64,000 bases of DNA, from NCBI RefSeq assembly GCF_009914755.1, contig NC_060925.1; one strand, written 5' to 3'. The first letter of the stretch is position 1, and each line of letters begins with the position of its first letter. The notes below the pieces were generated by a model, which searched no databases, was not told the origin of the DNA, and saw only the letters and a list, made by a program, of their open reading frames with translations. Below are positions 1-12,100 of the stretch, one piece after another. The DNA comes from the human T2T-CHM13v2.0 reference genome, Homo sapiens. Position numbers and translations under genes: made by a program.

Positions 1-931
1 TCCTCATATATATGGTCAAATGATCTTTGACAAAGGTGCCAAGGGCTTCACAATGGGGAAAAGGATAGTCTATTCAATACATACTTGTGGGAAAACTGTA
101 TATCCACATACAGAAAAATAAAATTGGACACTTACCTTAAATCATACACAAAAGTCAACTCAAAATTGATTAAGGACCTAAATTAAGGCCTGAAATCATA
201 AAATCCCTGGAAGAAAACATGGGGAAAAACTTCCTTGAAATTGACCTTGACAGTGATTTTTTGGATACGACATCAACTGCTCAGGCAACAAAAGCAAAAT
301 AAACAAGTGGTACTATATCAAACAAAAAAGCTTCTACAGAACAAAATAACGAAATAAAAAATTTACCTACAGGTTGGGAGAAAATATTTGCAAACCATAT
401 AAAGGGTTACTATTCAGAATATAGAAAGAATTCCTCTAACTCAACAACAAGCAAACCAAACAATCCAATTCAAAATAGGCAAAAAGATTAAACAGACATT
501 TTTTCAAAGATATATAAATGGCCAACAAGCACATGAAAAGATGTTCAACATCAGCAATCAGTAGGAAAATGCAAATCAAAATCACAATGAGATATTTCCT
601 CACATCTGTTAGGTTGGCCATTGTCAACTAAACAAAACAAAACAAAATAACAAGTGTTGGTGAAAATGTTGAAAAATTACAACCCTTGTGCACATTTTGT
701 GGGATTGTAAAGTGGTGCAGCCACTTTGGAAAACAGTATAGAGATCCAACAAAAATTAAAAATAAAGTGACCATTTGATTCAATGATCCCCATTCTGGTT
801 ATATGTCCAAAATAATTGAAAACACAAAGAGATGCTTGCATACCCATGTTTATTGCAGCATTATTCACAGTAGCCAAGAGGTAGAAGCAACCTAAATGTT
901 CATCAGCAAATGAATGGATAAAGAAAATGTG

Positions 932-984
<53 letters not shown>

Positions 985-1320
985 CCTGGAATATTATTCA
1001 GCCTTAAAAAGGAAGGAAATCCTGTCATATGCTACCACATGGATGAACCTCGAGGACATTATGCTAAGTGAAATAATACAGTCACAAAAATACTAATATG
1101 GAATAATTCCACTTATATGAGGTTTCTAAAATAGTCAAACCCTTAGAAACAGAAATAGAATGATATTTGCCAGGGGATAGAGAGAGGGAAAGAGGAGTCA
1201 ATCAATAGAGGCAGAATTTCAGTTTGCAAGAGTTCTAGATATCTCTTTAAATAACCATTTAAAAATGGTTAAGATGGAAAATTTTATGTTATGTAGTCTT
1301 GCTACAATAAAGAAAAATAA
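1..1320 (+). mobile_element. Old LINE-1 (L1MA/L1MB-like), 3' part of ORF2 plus 3'UTR; runs off the window start
   Basis: ORF2 C-terminal remnants (914..1096 ...EILSYATTWMNLEDIMLSEI). Ends in AAAATGGTTAAGATGGAAAATTTTATGTTATG followed by an A-rich tail. Confidence 0.9.
934..985. repeat. (CA)n microsatellite inside the L1
   Basis: Direct reading: an AC run with one AA interruption. Confidence 0.97.
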
Positions 1321-1399
1321 TAACACACTTCATCTCAGTGGGTGCTCTGATGTACCTAATACATCTAGGTAAAGATTTTGTTAACCACTCAGAATGCAT

Positions 1400-1950
1400 T
1401 GTTCTTTAATCTGAAGACCTATGTCCTTCTTCAAGCACAGTGTAAACAGTTCTTGGCTATTCCTTCAAATATTGCCTCCTCCAAAATCTGATTTTGATAT
1501 CTCCCTTTGAAACTCTTATGAAAGAAACAACTTCCCATTCTGTGTTCTTCATTAGCGTATTACTCAGATTTTCATGATCTTTATCTTTCTGTGCTGAATT
1601 CTGGGTAATTCTTTTGCAGACTTACTCTTTAATTCAGTAATATTTTAAGTGGTGTTTTGTCTACTCTTAAATCCACCGAGTACACTTTAAATTTTAGTAA
1701 TTGTTTTTCTGGAAGCTTTATTGTTTTTTCTTATTTTCATGATGTTCAATTTTGCAGTTATATTTTTAGGCCCTTGTTTGATCTCTTTTATTACCTTAAG
1801 CATTATTATTTTATTTTATAATATCTCAAAATCTGTTCCACTATCTCAAGTTCTTGGGATCCTAATGAATCTGCTGACTCTCCTTTATGGATGATATAAA
1901 TCCGTATATACGATTGATAAATTATTTCATGTGTGCTCCTACTCAACAGT
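1400..1950 (-). mobile_element. Highly diverged L1M fragment (ORF1 region, antisense)
   Basis: T-rich sequence with motifs such as TGTGCTGAATTCTGGGTAATT and TTCCTTCAAATATTGCCTCC, typical of antisense old-L1 ORF1. Confidence 0.5.
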
Positions 1951-2480
1951 TTTTTGCATTTGTTTTTTGTTTTATTTCATTTTGCTTTTTCTCTTGAAGT
2001 TTATCATGTCATAGAGTTCACATATGTCTCTGCTCTTTCCTAGTATTTTTTAAAGTCTTGAAGGAGTTTTTATTTTACTGTTTCATTTAAAGTTTCTATA
2101 CTTAAGAAACAGGAAGCCACAAAGAAAGCATACATTTAAAAACCATATTTATGCTGTTCTGAGAGTCATTTTTTCCCACAGGTGACCATTTATTTCAGCT
2201 GCGTATGAAATAAACAGATTCTCCTTTGCTGCTTCCCATGCAGAAGAAACCATTTTTCTCTTTCCTTTTTGATAGTATTGGGCAGGACTTGTTTGGGGCA
2301 GATACAGATTATCGCTAGCCTAGCCTCAAAGCCATGGCTCCCAGGCTCAGCTCCCAGCCCGGAGATTCTAAATCTCTAAACATTCATGGGCCACTGTGGT
2401 ATCAACTCCTGCTTACCACTATTCTGGCTTTGAGTTTCTTTTAATTTAATTGGGAATTCTTCTGGCTTTCTGTTAAATGT

Positions 2481-2481
<1 letters not shown>

Positions 2482-2548
<67 letters not shown>

Positions 2549-2561
2549 TAGATAGATAGAT
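2482..2561. repeat. Compound tetranucleotide STR (AGAT)13(AGAC)3(AGAT)4
   Basis: Units counted directly. Confidence 0.97.
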
Positions 2562-2664
2562 CTAGCTAGCTAAATATTACAACATTTCTGTATCTCTGGG
2601 GTAGGAAATCTACCCCAAACTTCACCTTACAGATTTTAAAAGTAAACCCAGAACATCTATCTCT

Positions 2665-2750
2665 AGTTGTGAAAACTGAGACACAGAATTATTAAGTGAC
2701 TTGTCCACAGTTAGTGGCAAAATATGATTTTGGATATCATACACTTCTAA
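2665..2750 (-). mobile_element. MIR fragment
   Basis: GAAAACTGAGACACAGAATTATTAAGTGACTTGTCC matches the antisense MIR core. Confidence 0.7.
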
Positions 2751-3508
2751 TACTTGATAGAGTTCTTCTTTGTTTTTCCTACATAATGGTGGCTGAGACA
2801 TACGTCCTGTAATGTACCAAGATGAAAGTGGATACAATCTTATTCATGAATTTTTCTTAATTTGGACTATATAGACTGCAGAATGTATATGAAATGACAC
2901 AGGAATTGCTTCCCTGAGAGCCCAACTTTTTCTTTTAATGACAAAAATCTTTATCAATGCATATATCTTTGCATATATACAACATTTATGTCTGTATATA
3001 CAGATATTATATATATGTGACATAGATAAGTAACATTTGAGTGCTAACCACAGGCTAGACACTTTTCCAGTTGCTTAACCTATATAATCTCATGTAATTC
3101 TTGCAATGATTTTTGGTAATCAATGATAAGGATGATTTGCAAAGAAAGTAACTTATGCTGCATTAATGCAGTTGTGAAATGATATGAAATCTAGTATTTT
3201 CTTCAAGTCTGAGGTTAATGTCACCCAAAAAAGAGAGCTTCACAAGACTGTCAAATCTGAAAAACAGAAATGTTATGGGAAGGAAAAACTATCCTACCCT
3301 AAAAGAGAAAAGCCACTCTTCAACACCCATTCAGCTTTGGCTCTCAGTGTAGAAAAGGGAGTGAGATTTGGCCTATCCCCCGTGCGCTTGTTGAATTTAT
3401 TTGACAGGTCAAAGGAAAAATCTATAATTTTTCACTCTCACATGTGTTTCTCTAAAGCTGCTGGGATTTCTGAAAATTTAAATTATCTTAAAAATAACTC
3501 CAGATATC

Positions 3509-3918
3509 TGTGTTAGGCCTTTCTTGCATTGCTATAAAGAAATACCTGAGACTGGGTAGTTTATAAAGTAAAGAGGTTTAATTGGCTCATGGTTCTGCAG
3601 GCTGTAGTGGAAGCCCAGCACCTGCATCTAATCAGCTTCTGGGGAGACCTCAGGGAGCTTCTACTCATGGTGGAAAGCGAAGCGAGAGCAAGCACATCAC
3701 ATTGCAAATGCAGGAGCAAGAGGGATTGGTAGTGGCGGAAGGGTGCCACACTTTACAACAATAGATCTCATGAGAACTCACTTGCTATTGCAAGGACAGC
3801 ACCAAGCCATGAGGGATCCTCCCCCATGACCCAAACACCTCCCCCAGGGCCTACCTCCAACAGTGAGGATTACAATTCAACATGAGATTTGGGCAGGAAC
3901 AAATATCCAACTATATCA
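3509..3918 (-). mobile_element. MaLR solo LTR (MSTA/MSTB-like)
   Basis: TGTGTTAGG...GCTATAAAGAAATACCTGAGACTGGG...CCAACTATATCA termini; degraded 5-bp TSD ATATC/ACACC. Confidence 0.9.
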
Positions 3919-4369
3919 ACACCTAATCAATAATGTATAGTCTCTGCTAACATCTATATTCTGTCTTCTTCATTTGAAATTGTTTAACTCATAGGGTGAC
4001 ATGTTTTCACATGTTTTTACTAAGCCATATTCTAAGAATTATGGAAGCTGTCACAGTGTGGGGAAAGCTTTGGGAAGTGATCTGTGTTTTGTGGCCATGC
4101 TTCTAAGTATCCTTACTAACTACCAAGGAAGAGCTTGTGTAATGGAAAAATATTTCTTATACAGTACACAGAATAATATTAACTGTAAAATCTAACATTT
4201 CCATTACTTTCCTTAGTATAAAAACCATAATCATGTATAAAAGCTTAAGGTCTGGAATACTGTACAAGAATAACAATAGAACAATTATGTGTTGATATTT
4301 ATTAAATATACACACACCCCTATGTATTATTTTCCAGTAAATGTTTTAAAATAGTATTCTCTCCTATTT

Positions 4370-4570
4370 CCATTTATTGAGTTCTTACCATTTGCTAGGA
4401 AGTTTATCTTCTTACTGTATGTCGGGCACTTTTAAAATAGATAATCACTTTTTTCCCACATTTTACAAGTGAAAAAACTGTTACAGAAAAAAGGTTGGAA
4501 GATCTTCCAAGGCCACATGGCTTATAAGTGATAGAATCAGGATTTAAGCCTAGTCAGTCTGACTTTAAAG
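4370..4570 (-). mobile_element. MIR
   Basis: TTTTACAAGTGAAAAAACTG...CCAAGGCCACATGG...GGATTTAAGCCTAG antisense core. Confidence 0.7.
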
Positions 4571-4729
4571 TATAATGATACATAATGTTAGCAGGTCAGA
4601 TTAAGTACACATTTTCTGATGATTTCATTAAGATAGCTGATACAATATTTTATGAAAACCTTACAAACCCATGGAATCAACAACTAGACAGAATTAAAAC
4701 TTTGTAAGCAATTACAACCAAAACGTCCT

Positions 4730-5075
4730 CATTCATCCATTCAATACACCATTATTAAGCGTCTACCATATTTCAGATACTATGTTACAGGCTGGGAATA
4801 CAGCAGGGAAAAAGGAGGAAAAATGATCCCTATCCTTATGGATATTTTTAAAGAAGGGACGCAGCTAACACAAAAACCAATAAGTAATGTATACAGTATA
4901 TGAGATGGTAAAGGCTATGGGAGAAAATAAAGCATAAAAGGGGGCCAAGAAACATACAGGGTTGGGGGATGACAGGTTGTCATTTGAAAAAGAGTGTTCA
5001 AGGAAGGCCCTGCTGAGAAGGTGACATTTGAGCAAAGGCCTGAAGACAATGTGGGAAAGAACCATATGTATCAAG
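4730..5075 (-). mobile_element. L2 3' end
   Basis: ATTCATCCATTCAA start, then GGAAGGCCCTGCTGAGAAGGTGACATTTGAGC, typical of antisense L2. Confidence 0.8.
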
Positions 5076-6151
5076 GCCATTTTTTGGATGAAAATCAATA
5101 ATTTGCATGAAAACACTGATGATCTGTCGTCTACCTATGCAGTCAACATTAAGGTAGGAGAAATTCCTAGTACATTATTTGATAAAATTAGGATATAAAG
5201 TATCTCAGCAATTGAATTATGAACCAGATTTGACTCAATAAACTTTAGAATGAATAAACACCCACCCTTTGCTTGGGCAAGAAAGTTAATAATTACGTTA
5301 GTATGGAAACACAGTTTAACAGGAACATATTTGGAAAATACTTAACAATTGCAATCTATTCTATTTGAGCTAGTTGATACTGAGATATCACTTCCAAAAA
5401 CAGAAAGAAAAAAGGCTAATTGGTTATTTGGCTTCATTCACAAAGATGATATCCAGTAGTATCAAATTGCACTTGTTTTTCTTGGAATTATGCTTTGAAA
5501 GATATGCAAACCAGAGGACATTCATTTATGAGAAAACAAGGTGTTTTTGCATTTAGGATCCCACAACTACATTCTAAGAGGATACGCTTCCTTCAGAAAA
5601 TATACTTGGTTAGTAATAATAAAACTTATTACCTTATAGAGTTTAGTATTATTTAGTTTTATTGATACGAGATTGACTCAAGTCCAAACTGGTAAACCTA
5701 AGTTGATATGAGCAATAATAGAAGAGGTCCAACTTGGTTTTTGTTAGGAAAGTCTTCTCCAGGCTATCTAGATCAAGGAAGCTGCATAGGGGAAAACTAT
5801 TAATAATTGTAGAATTAGTAAGGAGAATTAAATGTAGGAGGAGAAAACCTGGAGATTATTTGAAGAGTAATCATATCGGCCAAAGTTAATTGATTGATAG
5901 GACTGTCAATCAGTAGAATTCCACTAGAGAGGCTTTTTATAACTTCATGAGGGAAGGTTAGGAACTGAGAGATGATAATATTAAATTGGGAGAAACATAT
6001 ACCATTACTACAAATCCAGTTCCCTTAGGGAGATGGTTGAAATCATTAAGAAAACTGGTTTTGTTTTGTTTTGTTTTGTTTTTAGGCCTGAAACTTGTAG
6101 TCAGGGAGGGGAACCATTTTGTAAGCAATTTCAGCACTTGGGACAGCTTCA

Positions 6152-6452
6152 GGTTGTGGGCCGTGCCTCACACCTGTAATCCCAGCGCTTTGGGAGCCTG
6201 AGGCAGGAGGATCGCCTGAGGCCAGGAGTTTGAGACCAGCCTGGGCACCAAAATGAGACCCTGTCTTTACAAATACTAAAAAAAATAAATAAATAAAAAT
6301 TAGCAGACATCATGGCATGCACTTGTAGTCCTAGCTAGTAGGGAGGCTATGGCAGGAGGATGGCTTGAGCCCAGGAGTTCAAGGCTGCAGTGAGATGATT
6401 GCGCCACTGCACTCCAACCTAGACGACAAGCAAAAAAAAAAAAAAAAAAAAA
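6152..6452 (+). mobile_element. AluJ
   Basis: Dimeric Alu with J-type GGAGGATCGCCTGAGGCCAGGAG and GCTTGAGCCCAGGAGTTCAAGGCTGCAG; poly(A) tail. Confidence 0.95.
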
Positions 6453-6834
6453 GTCTGTTTATCAATGACTATCATCACAGAGTTAGTTAATTTTATCCTA
6501 AAACTTTACTACATGAAATTTTAGACAACCAACATGTAGAAAGACTCTCCTGTAACACTGCTGGCACGCTTCATCTGAATCCAAAACCCATGCTGCTTCT
6601 CACTCCACTAAGACGGCAGATCTAAAAATGGTAACTTCAGCATCAGCTGAAAGAAATATATCAGTCTAATATCTCCCATTTAGAATGCAGACAATTCTAC
6701 AATGCTCTCACCATACCAACTTGCTTTTTACCAGTATTAACTAGAAAATAATAGGAAAAAACAATTTTAGAAACACACCAAAAATGAAAAATTAGGTTAA
6801 AATTTAGTCAAAATGAAATGCAAAATAGAGTATT

Positions 6835-7036
6835 GTAAATCTTATTTCCTACTCTTCATAGCTATATAACCTTGGGCAAGGTATATAACCTCTTTTTATG
6901 TCAATTTCCTCATCTGTGCAATGAAGATAATAATAATATCTACCTCAAAGAACTATTGTAAAAATTGATAAAATGATTCATATGAAGCCCTTAGACAAGT
7001 ACTCTGCAAATAGACAACACTCAGTAAATATTAGTA
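6835..7036 (+). mobile_element. MIR
   Basis: ACCTTGGGCAAG...TTTCCTCATCTGT...ATGAAGATAATAATA core. Confidence 0.85.
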
Positions 7037-7479
7037 AGCATTTCCACTATTTTAATTTTAAAATACTTTTTTAAACAGCACAAAGCTTATGAAGGAAAAT
7101 TGAAATCTAATAAATTGGTAAATAAATAAATAAATAATAAAATAATTAAAGCCAGAGAAAGAAAGGAATGTTCAAAAAACTGGAAAAAATGAATACTAAG
7201 ATAAAAACAAAAATGAAGAAAGCTAAGATAAATTAAGAGACAGAAGTGAACAGATTTGGAGTTGAGCTAAAATTATGGGCAAAACCCTTTTAAAATGCAA
7301 AAATGTAAGATTAAAACTGCAACAAGCTAAAATCAGATTGAAATAAGCAAAAGTACTATTCCAATATATTAAACATTTCTTCAGAGCTTTTGAAGTGGGA
7401 TATCTCCCACCACTTGAGGTCCAAAAGTTTCAAGTGATAACAATGACTTAATCTTATGTGTTAGAAAATCCCTCAAATA

Positions 7480-7690
7480 ATAATAATAATAAATAATAAT
7501 AGCTAGCACTAAGTTCTTATGTAACAAACAGTATTCTAAATCTGCATTTGTTACGTCACCTAATTCTTATCACAACACTGTAAAGTATGCATTATTAATA
7601 TCTCTGTTTTACAGGTATAGAAACCTAGGAAGTTAAGGAATTTGCCCAAGGTTAGACCTCCAGTACCGGGCAGAATTAGGATTTCAAGAG
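7480..7690 (-). mobile_element. MIR
   Basis: TTTTACAGGTATAGAAAC...GAATTTGCCCAAGGT antisense core. Confidence 0.75.
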
Positions 7691-9112
7691 TCGAGTTCAA
7701 TATAAAAGAAAAAGAGGCATAGGGATATGGGAATACTGAAAACTAGAAATTTGAAAGACAGAAACAGGTATTTAGAGAGAAATTCTGAAATCTTCATGAT
7801 TTGTCAGCTAAACACTCATTATCACTCTGAGAAACCTATTTTAAAGATCAATGTGAGTTTTCAAGGGCTTAGTATTAGATTTGTGGTTTTGGTTTGATTT
7901 GATGTAGTTTGAGATGAATCAGAATATTCAGATTGGTCTTTAAATAACAGCAGGACAACTCCATAAGACCTATTACATGGGGTCACGTAAAGATTAATGA
8001 AGGTTGTCAGAATATAATCACATATTAAAACCAAGATGTTTGCACACATTTTCTACCTCTCCCTCTTAATTAACCCCTATTTTGGGGTGAATAAAATTAT
8101 TTAAGTACATATGACATGTTCTATCATTTCATAAATAGTTTACAGGAAATCTGTTTGTTACATATTAAGGTATAAACAGAAACAGAAAGAAGGTCAAGGA
8201 GAGGAGAAATCACAGAATTTCTTTCTTTCTTTTATGGAATAAATCATGCGGAAAAACTGTAAAGATAGGTGGAAAGAGTCTTGTCAAAGCATTGTTGTAT
8301 GTATCTCTTCAGGCCCCCTGCCACCATTTGTGTAACAGTGAGGAAAAAGAACAATAACAATTGTTTTCACATTTGGTAAAGAAGTGTAAAAAATGTTCAA
8401 ATTATAATGTAAGATATTGCCTCCCGGGAACAAGTTGTTCATCTGTTAATCAAGTGAGTTTTGTATCATCATGGCATTGGAATGCTTTTGGTAAACTGTG
8501 TCCTAGACAAGACCATATTCTCTATTTTGTCAAGAATTTAGAAAGAAAATTGCTTTGCCTTGATCAACAGAGGGTCCTGTAATTAATAAGTTAAGATACA
8601 GTGTTTCCTCTCTTTAAGTACTTCATAATTACTTCTTACTTGTTTTTTGAAGTAAGTATTTGAAAGGCAAAATGAAAAGAAAATAATAAGAACATTTGAT
8701 TCTTGGACCTGTCATGTAAATGAACCTTTTCCAAGTTTGCAGCATAATGTCTATTATTATAATTAGAGCTTGGAAAGCTAATTCATAGAATAACATCAAA
8801 TTTAACATTTTCCTGAACTGAATTGAACCTTTTGGGGTTCAGGGAAATTTAGTTCACTTCTTGAAGCCTTGAAAAAAATATGCTGGTTTTAATTATAATG
8901 CCTATCAGAAATAGTTCCTTGTCATCATTCTATACTAATAAGGCATGTGTCAGACTAGCACAGTTCAATGCAATATTTCATGCTTCTTGCCTTTTGACCT
9001 CCTTCATTTTCCTCATGCTTAGTGTCTATAAGTGATTAATTGATACAACACTAGGATTGATTGATATAATAATAGAAGTAAGATATAAAAGGTTAGGAAC
9101 ATAAAGAAATTT

Positions 9113-12100
9113 CTGCTCCTTCATCAGTCCAAGGAAGCAGTGACAGCTCCACTGCAGAGGCAATGGCAAAGGGGATTTCAATTGCCCCTGGAGGCTCTGT
9201 CCAGGGAGTTGCTGAGTTGCTACTGGCTAGAGGCCCAGGCCTGGAGGAACAGTTCAGTGAGGAGATATGGCAACAGGCATCCACATAACAGTCTGGCTAC
9301 TTTGTCCTAGGGCTACTGCAGTATGCTGGGGGTCCACTCCAGTCACTACCCCCTGACTAACAAAGGAGCAAAGACCCTAAGTGCCTTTTCCACACCTCCA
9401 ACAAGCTGCAGTTGAGCCAAGGAGAGGAGGCCAGTCTGACTCCCATGGGTCCCACACACCCCCTACTGCTTGTCACCAGACTGAGAACCCGTGGCTTGGG
9501 CCCGCAACACAGACCCTGCATCCTGGGCTGATTGCACTGAGCTACTGCTGACCCGCATCTCTCTGGGGTGGAAGCCCCAGGAGACAAACAAACTCTGGTG
9601 AGACAGCAGCCAGCTGATGTGGAGCCCTGAGTGTTTGGTGCTGGAACATCTGTAGTGAAGCATGGCCAAAGATAGCCATCCCCCTGGGTTCAACTTGCTC
9701 CCATAAGAGACTTTGTCCCTAGGGGAACTGTTGGGCCTGATCTCTGCGGGGCAGCCTTGAACATCACCCTGGCCTGGTCTGACCTGAGCACTCCTTGGTC
9801 TGCTGGCAAATCCTGGGGCCCCAGCCTGATCATGCCTACTTACAGTGCAGTCTCAGGTACCTTGAAGGCCCACACCATATCTTCTGTGCCAGTGGACCAT
9901 GTCAGACAGATGGAGAGCTCCAGCCAGGAGGCCCCTATAGCTGCACACCAGCCTGAATGTTCTGTCTTCATATTGCAGATTCCTCCAAGCCATGGCAACA
10001 CCCCACATTGCTTTGCTGGTGCATGTCCACACTCTGCCTTACTTGACTTGCCAGAATGCAGGAGTGTAGTATGCCCCCCAACCCCAACTGCCAGCAAGGT
10101 CTGCCCCCGCCAGTACCCAGCCCTTGCTCAGAGAACAGGAACCATCACACACCCTGAGTGATCACTCCTGCTTACGGGGCAAAGAGAAGGCACCCAGACC
10201 TGTGCCAGCCAGCACCCTGCCCCAAGTCAACACCACCTCCAGTGCAACTGTGTTCACAGTCTCCAGCAGGGGCCCCTACCTCCCTCCCAGCTGCCTTACC
10301 TCTACCACTGTGGTGAATGGCCACAGGGAGGCAGGCACTCCTGCATCTGCTAGTACTCTGCTGCAGCTGCCAGACCTTGGCTCCCCCAGTGCAGTGGACT
10401 CCAAATCTCAAGGAGCCCAAGAACAAAGTTGGGGTCCAATACTTGTCTCCCAGAGTTAGAGCACACAGTCCAGAAGTTGGGAGTTGAGCATTGGCCCCCT
10501 AAAATCTCGCAGAAATGAAGCCAGTCAGCTGAATCCACCTTATATAACACAATCAAACACTTGAGGTCATCAAATAAGATAAAAGAAAAAAAAAATTTAA
10601 AGGTCAGCAATCATAAAGATTGAAGGTAGATAAGTACACAAAGATAAGAAAGAATCAGTGCAAAACGCTTAAAACTCAAAAAGCCAGAGTGTCTTTTTAC
10701 CTCCAAATGATCACATCACCTCTCCAGCAAGAGATCGGAACTGGGCTGAGGCTGAGATGGCTGAAATGACAGTAGTAGAATTCAAGAATATGGATAGGTA
10801 TGAAGTTCATTGAGCTATAAGAGTACATTGTAACCCAATTCAAGGAAGCTAAAAATCATGAGAAAACATTGCAGGAGCTGACAGACAAAATCGCCAGTAT
10901 AGAGAAGAATGTAACCAGCCTTATAGAGCTGAAAAACACACTATAAGAATTTCATAATGAAACCACAAGTATTAATAGCAGAATATACAAGCAGAAAAAA
11001 AAAGAATCTCAGAGCTTGAATACCGGCTTTCTGAAATATGACAGGCAGACAAGAGTAGAGAAAAAAACAATGAAAAAGAATGAACATAAGCACCAATAAA
11101 TATGGGATTCTGTGAAGAGACCAAATCTGTGACTGATTGGTGTACCTGAAAGAGATGGTAAGAACGGAACCAATTTGGAAAACATTTCAGGATATCATCC
11201 ATGAGAACATTCCCAACCTAGCTAGAGAGGCCAACATTCAAATTCAGGAAATGCAAAGAACCCCAGTAAAATACTTTACATGAAGACCATCCCCAAGACA
11301 GATAATCTTCAGATGACGCAAGGTCAAAATGAAAGAAAAAAATGTTAAAGGGAGCTAGAGAGAAAGGTCAGGTCAACATAAAGGGAAGCCAGTCAGACTA
11401 ACAGTGAACCTCTCAGCTGAAACCGTACAAGCTGGAAGAGATTGGGAGCCAATAGTCAACATTTTCAAAGAAAAGAAAGTCCAACCCAGAATTTCATATT
11501 CAGCCAAACTAAGCTTTATAAGCAAAGGAGAAATAAGGTCCTTTTCAGACAAGCAAATCCAGAGGAAATTTGTTATCACCAGACCTACCTTGCAAGAGCT
11601 CCTGAAGGAAGCACTAAACATGGAAAGGGGAGATCACTACCAGCCACTACAAAAACACACTAAAGTACATATACCAGTGACACTATAAAGCAACCACATA
11701 AACAAGTCTGCAAAATAACCATCATGATGACATCATGATGATAGGATCATGACATGGATGACAGGATCAAACCCACACATGTCAATACTAACCTTAAATG
11801 CAAATAGACTAAATGCCCCAATTAAAAGACACAGAGTGGCAAGATGGATAAAGAACCAAGACCCATTGGCGTGCACAAAACAGACTTTCAACCAACAAAA
11901 ATCAAAAAGACACAAAAGGGCATTCATTATGGTAAAGGGTTCAATCCAACAAGGTCTAACTATTGTAAGTATATAGGCACCCTGCACCCGACACAGGAGC
12001 ACCCAGATTCATAAAGCAAGTTCCTAGAGATCTTCAAAAGACTTAGTCCCCCATAAAATATTATTGGGAGACTTTAATACCTCATGACAATATTAGACAG

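Noticed and set aside
6730-7800. A-rich stretches possibly from ancient L1 ORF1 or HAL1
   Set aside because: Too diverged to assign by eye, so not listed as a feature.
8807-8848. 12-bp imperfect inverted repeat ATTTTCCTGAAC...GTTCAGGGAAAT
   Set aside because: Expected by chance in 64 kb of AT-rich DNA, with no supporting context.
9093-10610. Cluster of overlapping ORFs on both strands in GC-rich sequence
   Set aside because: This is L1 5'UTR; higher GC lowers stop-codon frequency.
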